From Wickerhamiella versatilis (Eukaryota), in contig JAQOWU010000003.1 in NCBI GenBank assembly GCA_030867685.1, positions 1,054,001 through 1,118,000 of the forward strand: 64,000 bases of DNA, given 5' to 3'. The notes under the pieces are model-generated. The model searched no databases, was not told the origin of the DNA, and saw only the letters and a program-made list of their open reading frames with translations. This document shows, piece after piece, positions 30,081 through 41,560 of the stretch. The position numbers were made by a program, and so were the translations under genes. Position 1 is the stretch's first letter. Each line of letters starts with the position of its first letter.

Positions 30081-31517
30081 ATGATCAGGAGGTTCGCAAT
30101 GCCACTAAAGGCAAAGATCGATCCGCGGAAACTTCCGCAGCTTCCACGGCTTCAGAGCACGTCAGCTTCGAGTCCAGCCAGTGATGAAGTGCTATTTCGT
30201 ACTCTTGGAGCTGTGCGTGAAGTGACCCTCAACCGACCACGCAAGCTGAACGCAATCAATCTGAATATGTGTGACATTATAATTCCTCGCCTTCAGGAGT
30301 ACGCCAAGTCAGATTTGGCTGGTGTCATTGTGGTGAAAGGAGCTGGAGGCAAGGCTCTCTGTGCAGGAGGCGATGTTGGTTCGCTTGCTGCAAGATCCCG
30401 TGAGGTCGGGCTCGCGGAGGCAGGACCCGAAAATGGGCATTTTTTCGCAGTGGAATTCGGCATGGATCACTTAGTGGGTACTTATAAAAAGCCTATCGTC
30501 AGTTTCTGGGATGGCATTGTCATGGGCGGCGGTGTTGGTTTGACCGTGCATGGCCCGTTCCGTATAGCGACGGAGCGAACTCTGTGGGCTATGCCAGAAA
30601 CCAGCATCGGTTACTATCCTGACTGCGGTCTTCTTTTCTATCTATCTAAGCTGGGTGGAGGACTAGGATTATTTTTTGCTCTCACGTCTGCGCGAATTCA
30701 GGGTTATGATGCTTACCGGCTAGGTCTTGCTACTCATTACGTGCCATCGAACAAACTCGCTGGTCTGCAAGATCGCCTTTCTGAGCTGGCCCCGTCAAAT
30801 CACTGCCCTGCTGATCATCCTGATTATTACAGGTTGGTCAACTCATCTATTGAGGACTTCTCAGGTGATGAACCAACTGATTACACTCCTATGCTGTCAA
30901 ATGAAGAGCGCGAAACCATTGATTCTTGCTTCAAATTCCACACTATTGAGGAGATTATTGTAGCTTTGCAAAAAGATGGCTCGGATTTTGCGCTTCAGAC
31001 AGTTAAAACTCTGAGGCAGCGCTCGCCCCTGAGCCTTAAAGTGACCTTGGCCGCTTATCACCAAATTTCCCATCTGGACTTTAAGTCGGCATTCGAGCGG
31101 GAGCTGGAAATCTGCCATCACTTCGCCCGTTCGGAGAACTTTGTTGAAGGAGTTGGTGCTCTTCTCCTTGACAAGCGTTCAGCCAAGTGGAATCCCGCAT
31201 CGATAGAAGACGTGACTGAGAAGGATGTTCATGCATTTTTCACCCCGCTGGAAGGAGTGGAGCCTGTTAATTTCACAAATGATGAGACGTTTAACGACTA
31301 TCATCACCACTTTGGCCTTCCAAGTGAACAGGAGTTGAAGGACTTTATCACAGGGGAGACGTCGCCCTCGGAATCAAAGGCCACTCGCAATGATGTAGTT
31401 GAGTTTTTCCGCTCTCGCACAATAAAGTCTGGGCTAGAAGGCTATATTGACAGTGTCCTTGCGCGTAAGTGCAAATCTGACCCTGAGCATCCCGAACTTT
31501 TGGATTGGATATACTAA
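30081..31517 (+). CDS. EHD3: 3-hydroxyisobutyryl-CoA hydrolase-like mitochondrial protein
   Basis: LNRPRKLNA, CAGGDV, DGIVMGGGVG and AMPETSIG; basic N-terminal presequence. Confidence 0.88.
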   Translation: MIRRFAMPLKAKIDPRKLPQLPRLQSTSASSPASDEVLFRTLGAVREVTLNRPRKLNAINLNMCDIIIPRLQEYAKSDLAGVIVVKGAGGKALCAGGDVGSLAARSREVGLAEAGPENGHFFAVEFGMDHLVGTYKKPIVSFWDGIVMGGGVGLTVHGPFRIATERTLWAMPETSIGYYPDCGLLFYLSKLGGGLGLFFALTSARIQGYDAYRLGLATHYVPSNKLAGLQDRLSELAPSNHCPADHPDYYRLVNSSIEDFSGDEPTDYTPMLSNEERETIDSCFKFHTIEEIIVALQKDGSDFALQTVKTLRQRSPLSLKVTLAAYHQISHLDFKSAFERELEICHHFARSENFVEGVGALLLDKRSAKWNPASIEDVTEKDVHAFFTPLEGVEPVNFTNDETFNDYHHHFGLPSEQELKDFITGETSPSESKATRNDVVEFFRSRTIKSGLEGYIDSVLARKCKSDPEHPELLDWIY

Positions 31518-31618
31518 TTTGCTAAGATGTACATAGTTAGAGGGTGTTTTTTCACTAGCTTTTCTTGGCCGCCTGAGGGTGTACCGGAGGTGGCTTACGT
31601 TAGGAGACAAGCAGAGCC

Positions 31619-33712
31619 ATGCAGGTGTACAAGGAGGACTGCGTGTATACATTTGATACGCCTGACAGTCCACATGGATTGGATGTATGCCTAGATTGTT
31701 ATATAGGTACATCACCAGATCCCGCTCATGATTTCACTTCCCTTCATTCTCTTTTGACGGGACACAAACTCTTTGTAAATCTCCGGCGCCACCAGATGCC
31801 TATGAAGCCATTGCCCACCGATAAACTTGCAATTGCACCTGAGCCAAAATACGAAACCACTGCTATTGTCAGAGACTTGGGCGGGTCACCAGTAGACCAG
31901 GATGATTATCGTGCTCAGGTTCAAAAGATACTTGATGCTGATTCCTATTCCAAGTCTCGAGAAATCGAATCATGGGAGCTCCAGATCACTCCCTGCGAGC
32001 ATGTACTCACGCATAGCGCTGATTTAGCGCATCCTTTATCTCGTGAGAAGTTGTCAAAGTGTGCGGCTTGTGACCTTGACTCGAATCTATGGCTTTGTCT
32101 CACTTGTGGAAGCCTAGGTTGCGGACGGCAGCAGTTTGGTGGAGGTGGTGGTAATGGACATGCGTTGACTCACTTTGATGAGACGAAACACCCACTAGCT
32201 GTGAAACTAGGAAGCATTAGTCCTGAGGGGCAAGCAGATGTTTATTGCTACTCCTGCGATGAGGAGGTTAAGGACCCCGAGATCCCCACACATCTAGCTT
32301 CTTGGGGTATTGATGTGGCAACACGCACTAAAACAGAGAAATCTACCACAGAATTGCAGGTTGAGCAGAATATAAACTGGGACTTCAAAACTGACCTAGG
32401 AGAAGCAGTGAGTGGCCCAGGCTTCACTGGAATGAAGAACTTAGGAAATACATGTTACTTCAACTCAGTTATGCAGTGTCTCATAGACTTACCTATTTTT
32501 CAGAAAGCTTTTCCGGCAAACACCCCAGCAACTGCGAGCCATGTCATAGACCCGCCATTTGATTTATGGACACAGATGCGTAAACTTCAGGATGGGTTAA
32601 TGAGTGGCCGATACGATGTGATAACTCCTTCGATGCTGAGATACGTGATAGGACGAGGCCACCCAGAATTTGCCACGACTCGCCAACAGGATGCGTTTGA
32701 GTTCTTAACATACATCTTGACCCAAATTTCACATGCTGCGAAAGTTGGAGAGAAACATGATCCTGCAAGTGCTCTGGGTTTTGTCACTGAAAGAAAGATT
32801 CGGTGTACGGCTTGCAATGGGGTTAGACTTGTTGATGAACCTCAGGAAAATATCTCGGTTAGTGTCCCCATTCGCAAAACTACTGATGGATATGAATCTG
32901 TGGATGTGTCGGAGTTATTTGACAGCTTTTCTGGCCCTGAAAAGCTCGAGGTAAACTGTCCAAGGTGTGCGCATAAGTATGCCTCGTCAAGCGTGGGCTT
33001 TAAAACCTATCCTGATGTGCTGGTTTTAAACGTTAGAAGGTTCGAGATAGTCGATTGGGTACCTCGCAAAGTTGACGTACCCGTGAAGGTACCCTCTGAG
33101 TTGCCGTTAGAGCGCTATCGGTCAGAGGGCTTACTTTCGGGTGAGGAAGTAGTTGAAGAACCAAAATTCCAGCTCGACCCCGAAGCTTTGCAGACTTTAG
33201 AAGGCATGGGGTTCCCACACGAACAAGTAGCACGTGCGTTGGAAGTGCGAAATAACAATATAGAATCCGCCATGGAATACATTTTAGGCGGAGGGGGCGT
33301 AGATGCGGCACCTGATGGACCTTCAGCAGAGGCAATGTCTGCACTCGAGTCAATGGGTTTCTCCTCAGGGCAAGCTTCAGCTGCGCTACGTGCCAATGGT
33401 GGAACCGTCGAGTCTGCGGTCGAGTGGCTCTTTGCTGGTCATACTGAGGATGAGGTGCCACCAGAAGACCCTGAATCCCAGAAAAATGATGTTAAGGAGC
33501 TTGGATCCGCGGAGCTCCCCACGGATTATGAGTTGCGTAGCATTGTATGCCACAAGGGTACCAGTGTGCATGCTGGCCACTATGTTGCTGCAATTCGACG
33601 CGATGGGAAATGGTATTTGTTTAACGATGAACGTGTTGTTGAAGGCACTGATGCAGAGGAGCTTCAGAAGTATGCTTATATCTATATTTTTGTGAGAAAA
33701 CAAGGGAAATAA
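31619..33712 (+). CDS. UBP14: Ubiquitin C-terminal hydrolase (ZnF-UBP, UBA), USP5 orthologue
   Basis: NLWLCLTCG, GNGHAL, GMKNLGNTCY, QQDAFEF, two UBA domains and HKGTSVHAGHYV. Confidence 0.93.
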   Translation: MQVYKEDCVYTFDTPDSPHGLDVCLDCYIGTSPDPAHDFTSLHSLLTGHKLFVNLRRHQMPMKPLPTDKLAIAPEPKYETTAIVRDLGGSPVDQDDYRAQVQKILDADSYSKSREIESWELQITPCEHVLTHSADLAHPLSREKLSKCAACDLDSNLWLCLTCGSLGCGRQQFGGGGGNGHALTHFDETKHPLAVKLGSISPEGQADVYCYSCDEEVKDPEIPTHLASWGIDVATRTKTEKSTTELQVEQNINWDFKTDLGEAVSGPGFTGMKNLGNTCYFNSVMQCLIDLPIFQKAFPANTPATASHVIDPPFDLWTQMRKLQDGLMSGRYDVITPSMLRYVIGRGHPEFATTRQQDAFEFLTYILTQISHAAKVGEKHDPASALGFVTERKIRCTACNGVRLVDEPQENISVSVPIRKTTDGYESVDVSELFDSFSGPEKLEVNCPRCAHKYASSSVGFKTYPDVLVLNVRRFEIVDWVPRKVDVPVKVPSELPLERYRSEGLLSGEEVVEEPKFQLDPEALQTLEGMGFPHEQVARALEVRNNNIESAMEYILGGGGVDAAPDGPSAEAMSALESMGFSSGQASAALRANGGTVESAVEWLFAGHTEDEVPPEDPESQKNDVKELGSAELPTDYELRSIVCHKGTSVHAGHYVAAIRRDGKWYLFNDERVVEGTDAEELQKYAYIYIFVRKQGK

Positions 33713-33877
33713 ATGTATCCATAGGAACCAAAAACTATTTCAAACTCTAAACCCCGAATTAGAATAATGTTCAAATTTATCAATTACTGACTCTTAAAAG
33801 CCTGGTCATGCCACAGCAGTCTGTTGCGGGTGAGATTGGTCTGGGTGTGGGTGTGTGACGTTAGGTATCGTAAGCGC

Positions 33878-34552
33878 ATGGAGGAAGCTCAGTACAAGCT
33901 GAGATGCGCGGACCTGCGCCGGCAAGTGGGCGAAACAGAACGTCTAAATGAATCTCTTTATGCCACAATTGAGCGCACAAAGAGACTCATTCAGCGGGCT
34001 CGGCTTGAGCGAAGCCTGTTGCTGGAAAAGCTTGAGCAAGCTGCAGGGCCACCATTAAACGCAAGTGCGGACTCTCCCCCACCTTCACCACTGGTAAGTA
34101 ACCCAGAACCGACTGCTCAAACCACAACGAAACGTCGAATCCCTAGAGAGCGGGATCCGCGCCTGCCAAAGAAACCGGTGCAAAGTCCCTTCCACGTCTT
34201 TCAGGAACGGCATTCTAATGACTCTACTTTTGATGCAGCAGATGCATGGAAAAAGATGAGCGAGCAAGATCGCGAGCCATTTGTTGAGGCTGCTACGGAA
34301 GACCGAAATCGCTACCTGCGAGAGATGGCCTCCGTTCCTCCCAAGGGACTCACTTCAGCGGTACAAAAAGAGCGGGAAAGGGCAATTAAGGCCCTTAAGG
34401 AAAAGAAGGATTCTATTCCTGGTACAGGCGATGTTGAGATGGAGGACGCGACAGAGGATGAAAAGGCAGGAGCGGCTCCAACGTCAGCATCAGAGTCAGA
34501 GCAGGATTATCCCCACGCACCAGCATCATCTGAACCACCCTCTGAGATTTAA
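33878..34552 (+). CDS. NHP10: HMG-box protein, INO80 subunit
   Basis: N-terminal coiled coil 'IQRARLERSLLLEKLE' and 'RDPRLPKKP..PF' HMG box; first ATG at 33878. Confidence 0.75.
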   Translation: MEEAQYKLRCADLRRQVGETERLNESLYATIERTKRLIQRARLERSLLLEKLEQAAGPPLNASADSPPPSPLVSNPEPTAQTTTKRRIPRERDPRLPKKPVQSPFHVFQERHSNDSTFDAADAWKKMSEQDREPFVEAATEDRNRYLREMASVPPKGLTSAVQKERERAIKALKEKKDSIPGTGDVEMEDATEDEKAGAAPTSASESEQDYPHAPASSEPPSEI

Positions 34553-34638
34553 ATTTCATTTACATGAGCCCCCATTCGTCATGCCCTATGTATAAGATTC
34601 ATATGAAATGTTTGTGATTAAGGATACAATATGTACTT

Positions 34639-35940
<1,302 letters not shown>

Positions 35941-35954
35941 TTAGTCAGGACGTA

Positions 35955-38210
35955 ATGGAGACTCAGGTACGGCAGGCTGTGCCAGCCATTGATGAGGTGG
36001 TATCGGACTATGCTGCAGACTACGTGGCCTATATTAAGCAGCAGGCAGAGAATCCCGAGTCGGCTCAAGATCTTGACGTTGCTTCAGAGCTAGCATTTGT
36101 TCAGGAGGTTTTATTGAGTGCCGGCGGCGATAGTTTGGCGCTAGATGATTTACAAAACAAACTCCAAAAAGAGCTTGAAAAACTTCGAGAGGATAATCTA
36201 CATCGTACGGTGGCCAACTTGGCCCGACTCAAGCTTGACAAAGATACTCTATTAAGTGCTCAAAAACGCAATGCTGTTTCCATGGACGCAATGGAGGTCC
36301 CGATAGATATTGACCTTGTTAGTGGGAATCGTAAGGTTGGTTCACGTGTTGACAAAAAGAAACTCGCCAAACAGGAGAAGAAGATCCAACAGAAATTAGC
36401 GAAGCGTGAGGCCGGCTTTATGAAGGATCTCACTTATGAAACATCGAAGTTATTAGAGGAGAAGGACAACAATAATTTTGACGAGTTCTTCCTGACCGTG
36501 AACCCACTTGAGCTAGGTCCCTCTGAGGGTCGCACAAAGGATATTAAGATCGACAACTTTGACTTGAGTGTCGGCTCAGGCATTCGTATTTTACAGGATT
36601 CTACATTAACACTGAGTTATGGCCATCGCTATGGTCTGGTAGGTGCTAATGGTATAGGTAAATCTACTCTTCTAAAGGCGCTTTCCCGGCGTGAGCTTCC
36701 AGTTCCGAAGCACATTACCATTCTATATGTTGAGCAGGAAGTTACAGGTGATGACAATACCGTCCTACAGACTGTTCTGGATGCAGATGTGTGGCGTAAA
36801 TATCTTCTTAAGGACCAGACGCGTATATCAGAGAGGACCGCACAAATAAATTCAGAACAAGAATCGCTGGATGATGAAGATCCACTTTCTAAACAGCTCG
36901 ATGAAGAACTTGGTGAGTTGCAACAGCAATTGAATGATATATATGAGAAACTTCAGGAGATAGATTCAGATACAGCAGAGTCACGTGCAGCAACAATTCT
37001 GAATGGCTTGGGATTCTCCCAGGAATCACAGCATAGACCAACCAACACGTTCAGTGGTGGTTGGCGGATGCGCCTGTCGCTTGCCCGTGCCTTGTTTTGC
37101 AAACCTGATTTGCTTATGCTGGATGAACCCTCGAATATGTTGGATGTTCCATCTATTACATTCTTAGCAAACTATCTTCAGAGTTATACATCCACTGTGC
37201 TTGTTGTAAGCCATGACCGTGCATTCCTTAATGATGTGGCAACAGATATAGTACACCAGCATTCGGAGCGCTTGGACTATTATCGTGGTTGCGACTTTGA
37301 CACGTTTTATGCTACCAAGGAGGAACGCTATAAGAACGCTAAACGCGAGTACGACAATCAGATGGCCTACAGGCAGCATTTGCAGGCTTTCATCGATAAG
37401 TTCCGGTATAATGCTGCCAAGTCTAGCGAAGCACAGTCTCGAATTAAGAAACTAGAGAGACTTCCAGTACTGGAAGAACCAATGCAGGAAGGTGGAGTTT
37501 CATTCTCTTTCCCAGAGCCCGAGAAGCTCTCGCCTCCTATTCTCCAGCTCAATGGTGCAACGTTCTCTTATTCTGACAATGGACCACGGGTCCTTGACGA
37601 CGTGGATCTGACTGTAGATATGGAATCACGCATTGCATTAGTAGGAGGAAATGGTTGCGGTAAAACTACACTCCTGAAACTTCTTTTGGGCACATTGCAG
37701 CCTCAAGTTGGTCATGTATCGCGGCATCCTCGATTGAGAATTGGCTATTTTGCTCAGCACCACGTGGATGGTATGGATCTCAGTCTCAGTGCTATTGAGT
37801 GGATGGCGAAGGTCAAACCTGGCAAATCAGATGAGGAGTATCGTCGTTTGCTCGGTGCGTTTGGTATAAGTGGTCCACTAGGATTGCAGAAGCTGGCCCT
37901 TTTATCTGGTGGTCAAAAGTCTCGTGTAGCTTTTGCCTGCCTTGGACTGAGCCAACCCCATATCTTAATTCTTGATGAGCCGTCTAACCATTTGGATATT
38001 GCAGGATTGGATGCACTTGCAGATGCTCTGAAGAATTTCAAGGGAGGCATTCTCATGGTTTCCCATGACGTTACTACAATTAAGCGTGTCGCCAACGAAA
38101 TATACGTTTCGGAGAATGGTAAAGTTGTCCGATCACAAGGCACGATTGATGATTACAAGCGGCGTATCCTAAAGCAGGCTGGTGTTACTGGTGTTGTTCA
38201 ACGCCATTGA
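35955..38210 (+). CDS. GCN20: ABC-F protein, Gcn2 activator
   Basis: Two ABC domains (GANGIGKS/FSGGW and GGNGCGKT/LSGGQ), no TM segments, 'FIDKFRYNAAKSSEAQSRIKKL'. Confidence 0.9.
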   Translation: METQVRQAVPAIDEVVSDYAADYVAYIKQQAENPESAQDLDVASELAFVQEVLLSAGGDSLALDDLQNKLQKELEKLREDNLHRTVANLARLKLDKDTLLSAQKRNAVSMDAMEVPIDIDLVSGNRKVGSRVDKKKLAKQEKKIQQKLAKREAGFMKDLTYETSKLLEEKDNNNFDEFFLTVNPLELGPSEGRTKDIKIDNFDLSVGSGIRILQDSTLTLSYGHRYGLVGANGIGKSTLLKALSRRELPVPKHITILYVEQEVTGDDNTVLQTVLDADVWRKYLLKDQTRISERTAQINSEQESLDDEDPLSKQLDEELGELQQQLNDIYEKLQEIDSDTAESRAATILNGLGFSQESQHRPTNTFSGGWRMRLSLARALFCKPDLLMLDEPSNMLDVPSITFLANYLQSYTSTVLVVSHDRAFLNDVATDIVHQHSERLDYYRGCDFDTFYATKEERYKNAKREYDNQMAYRQHLQAFIDKFRYNAAKSSEAQSRIKKLERLPVLEEPMQEGGVSFSFPEPEKLSPPILQLNGATFSYSDNGPRVLDDVDLTVDMESRIALVGGNGCGKTTLLKLLLGTLQPQVGHVSRHPRLRIGYFAQHHVDGMDLSLSAIEWMAKVKPGKSDEEYRRLLGAFGISGPLGLQKLALLSGGQKSRVAFACLGLSQPHILILDEPSNHLDIAGLDALADALKNFKGGILMVSHDVTTIKRVANEIYVSENGKVVRSQGTIDDYKRRILKQAGVTGVVQRH

Positions 38211-38583
38211 ATCGTCTAGTTTTAAACGAGATATAGCCGTCCTAGCAATATGCTTATTGATGTTTCTTACCGTTGAAGCATAATATGACCAGGCGTGGAG
38301 TATATAGTAGAATAATGCGGTCCCTTAAACTCATTGCTGAACGTATATGCAAACCTTATACTGCGACTAGCATGATTAAAGACAACAAAAAAAAATCCAT
38401 AAAAATCATTAAAAAACTACAATATACAATTACATTTACGCTTGAATTTCATGAATTTGGGTGGATCAGACAACATAATCCTCTGTATTATGTAAGTCAG
38501 GGCATCAGCCCTAAAATGCATTTGCTAACGCTGATAATTCACACAGTGCTTGGTCCTTAGGAATATACGAATAGTATACTAAC

Positions 38584-39086
38584 ATGGCGCCACAGGTATG
38601 TTAGCTGGTTTTGCTGAGCTCACTGCTAACACATGCTAAAGGGATTAACCTCTAGTATGTGTTTTTGCTGGTGGGACAAAAGCGCAGTAGGCTGGATGCT
38701 AACAATTACAGAAAAAGACCGCAAAGCAGGCTAAGAAGATTGTCTTGGATGCGTCCCACGCAAACCAGGAGACCACTATCTTCGACGTTGATGCTTTTGT
38801 GAAGTATTTGCGTGAACACATCAAGGTTGAGGGACGCACTGGCCAACTCGAGGACAAGATCACCGTCGAGGCAAAGGGCAACAAAGTCACCATCCTTTCG
38901 TTCATTGGATTCTCTGGCAAGTACCTTAAGTTCTTGACCAAGCGTTTCTTGAAGAAGAACGAGCTCCGGGACTGGCTCCGTGTTGTGGCCACCGCCCGCT
39001 CTTATTACGAAGTCCGCTTCTACAACTTGTCTGCCGATGAGGAGGAAGAGGAAGAAGAGGAGGAAGAAGAAGAGGACGAAGAGTAA
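38584..39086 (+). CDS. RPL22: 60S ribosomal protein L22 (eL22), spliced: join(38584..38595,38712..39086)
   Basis: ATG GCG CCA CAG|GTATGT...GCTAAC AATTA CAG|AAA AAG gives in-frame MAPQKKTAK...; 'FSGKYLKFLTKRFLKKNELRDWLRVVA'. Confidence 0.93.
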
Positions 39087-39284
39087 ATAGTGTTGTCACA
39101 TAGAAAAGAAAATTTAAAATTGTATCAGACTTAGTTGAAGTCCGTGGTTCATACGGTTCTGGGTATAAGTCCCACTGTTGGTGCCAAGAGCATTCTTAAT
39201 TCTTAATTTTGCTATTGTAACCTCTGACTGTTATGACGTTTGACTGTTATAGCATATCATAGCGTTACATTATATAACTCGAGA

Positions 39285-40280
39285 ATGACTCAAGATCTGG
39301 CAGATGCCAGAGGAGCCTCTGCAAGAATTGATGTGGAAACGGCTCATGCTAATTATAATTACGACGAAGCTCGTTATTTGAAGCACTCCAGTACAATAAA
39401 GATAAATCCTGATCCAGTTGCACTTAAGGCGTTCCTTGTTCTAGCGGAGCACGCAATTGAGAAAGGCCTTGCAATAGAATCCCCGCGACCAGGGTTTGGC
39501 AGCGAGAAAATACATAGTATTATACTTGCTGTAACTGAACTAGAGAGGTCTGGACATTCAGATGAAGCAGTCGTTGCTGCGCGGGCTTGCCTGAAGCAGT
39601 ACTTAGAACTTCATGACAATCGAAAATGGTCGCTTGCCCCAGAATTGGATTCTACAATTCGGGAATTTCTGGCACAAAAACCGTGCGGCAGCTCAGGTGG
39701 GACAATTCCTCTGACTCGGACTGATGTTGAACAAGCTACAAGCTTCGACTACGATAGATTTATTTTCTCCAGACACAGCGTGCGCCATTTCACCGGCGAG
39801 CCTATTGCGCGAGAAACCATACGGGATGCCGTTAGATTGGCAATTAAAAGCCCTCGTGTATGTAACAGGGAGGCTAGGCATGTTTATGTTGCACTTGATC
39901 CAGAAGTGCGATCAAAGCTGCTCACTTATCATCATGGTCATGCAGGCTTCGATGAGAAGTTGGGAGCAGTCTTTGTTGTTACGGTTGATGTTAGACATTA
40001 TCACATGATAGGCGAACGAAATCAAGGATGGATTGATGGTGGCCTGTTTGCAATGTCTCTGTGCTACGCCCTTCACTCCAAAGGCCTTGGGACCTGCATG
40101 ATGAATTGGTCGGAACCATGCTCTCAGGATATAAAACTTCGGGAAGCATTTGAAATCCCTGATAATGAGATTGTAATTACGTTCTTAGGAGCTGGTCACA
40201 TCCCTCCTAAAATAGACGTTGCATACTCTATGCCCCCTGATGTGGATGAGGTTTTATCCGACATTCAGGAACGTAGCTAG
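39285..40280 (+). CDS. Nitroreductase-family flavoprotein, bacterial type
   Basis: 'SRHSVRHF', 'SPRVCNRE', 'IDGGLFAMSL.YALHSKGLGTC.MNW', and an N-terminal 'HAIEKGL...RPGFG.EK' extension; intronless. Confidence 0.85.
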   Translation: MTQDLADARGASARIDVETAHANYNYDEARYLKHSSTIKINPDPVALKAFLVLAEHAIEKGLAIESPRPGFGSEKIHSIILAVTELERSGHSDEAVVAARACLKQYLELHDNRKWSLAPELDSTIREFLAQKPCGSSGGTIPLTRTDVEQATSFDYDRFIFSRHSVRHFTGEPIARETIRDAVRLAIKSPRVCNREARHVYVALDPEVRSKLLTYHHGHAGFDEKLGAVFVVTVDVRHYHMIGERNQGWIDGGLFAMSLCYALHSKGLGTCMMNWSEPCSQDIKLREAFEIPDNEIVITFLGAGHIPPKIDVAYSMPPDVDEVLSDIQERS

Positions 40281-40371
40281 TTATAAAGGTCGCCGTAAGA
40301 TCATAAATTAGATATTAGAAACAACAACAAGCAGGACTACATCACCAGCGCCTGCATGCTGTTTACACTAT

Positions 40372-41169
40372 TTACTGTGAAGAGGATTGTCGCTCGTACA
40401 CGCGAAGAAAGTATCTCATATTCTGTAATTCTAGGGGGTAGCAGGATGCAATTTCAGAGGATATTCTGTACCATTCGGAATCTTTTTCGTCCTTTAGCTG
40501 CCATGCACCAGCTGTGGTCAAGGCGTGGTGAATAAGAAAATATATTGGAAACTTTTTATTTCCCACCTGGATTTCAGAGTAAGACCCCGCAGACTCGATA
40601 ACGACAAACAAGCAACCCGGGGGGCATCGAACAAGGCTATGAAGGAACCGTATTGCCTTCGCCTTCGACTCTGCGAACAACTCGTTGGTCGTGAACAGGC
40701 AGGTAACCATTTGGAAAGACTCAAGTTTCAATGGCATAGTCATGGCATCACCATGCAAAAAAGTCGTATTAACATTGAGATTGCGCGCCAATGGACCCGT
40801 TACGGCCTCCCAGTCTCCAAGATCAGCCGCCCACACCTTGATCTCAGGGAATGTGCTGAGGGCTGCGATTTCCGCGCCTGCTCCACCACCAATGCATAGT
40901 ACATTGGAAGGCTGTGCTAGAACGTTGCGTATACTGGAGTAGTTCTGGAATATATGAGCGTAAGCAAGAGCTCGTGAAGGGGACCAGCGTACTACGTAGG
41001 CACAGAGATTTTCTTTAGACCCAAAAGCCTCCTCATAGCTTCTGCGGTACAAAGCATCCTTTACCTGCTGGATTCGGGCCTGCAGTGCGTAATCGTGCAG
41101 CGTCTCCGTATAAACATGCTCGAACGCAGCGAGAAGATTCGACTCCATCCCTAACCCGGGGTTGCACAT
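40372..41169 (-). CDS. BMT6: 25S rRNA uridine-N3 methyltransferase
   Basis: 'QVKDALY.RSY..AF', 'YVVRWSPSRALAY', 'LCIGGGAGAE', 'FTTNELF', 'ESAGSYS' and 'LQNMRYF'. Confidence 0.85.
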   Translation of the reverse strand: MCNPGLGMESNLLAAFEHVYTETLHDYALQARIQQVKDALYRRSYEEAFGSKENLCAYVVRWSPSRALAYAHIFQNYSSIRNVLAQPSNVLCIGGGAGAEIAALSTFPEIKVWAADLGDWEAVTGPLARNLNVNTTFLHGDAMTMPLKLESFQMVTCLFTTNELFAESKAKAIRFLHSLVRCPPGCLFVVIESAGSYSEIQVGNKKFPIYFLIHHALTTAGAWQLKDEKDSEWYRISSEIASCYPLELQNMRYFLRVYERQSSSQ

Positions 41170-41560
41170 CTGCTCCTTAACCCAAAATTAATTTCGTCCA
41201 GCGAGAGTGTAATATCAACGCTTTCTACGCTACATACTTATGGATTGGTCGCAAGCAAAAAATTGAAATCTTCATTTGGTAAAGCGAAACCTAAAAACGC
41301 AAACACAAACATAATAATAAATTCAATTCATAATTGTGGAAATCCCGACCAGCCAGTTTCAGGTAGATAATTTTTTAAAGCTGATGCTTTTCACTGCTCT
41401 TAATATGAAGCTTCCCAAAGAAAATATTGCTTTTTGCCGCTATCCGCACTGGATTGTCGCCATGACACCTCTGTGAACCCAAACCCTCGACATTCACTTA
41501 GCTCACAGTCGGGTAAGTTCGGAATTCTCAGATTAATAACACCCCCCGCGGTTTGGACAC

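Noticed and set aside
38658-38672. TGTGTTTTTGCTGGT resembling part of U4 snRNA
   Set aside because: No U4 5' stem-II sequence, kink-turn or Sm site surrounds it, and it lies inside the RPL22 intron.
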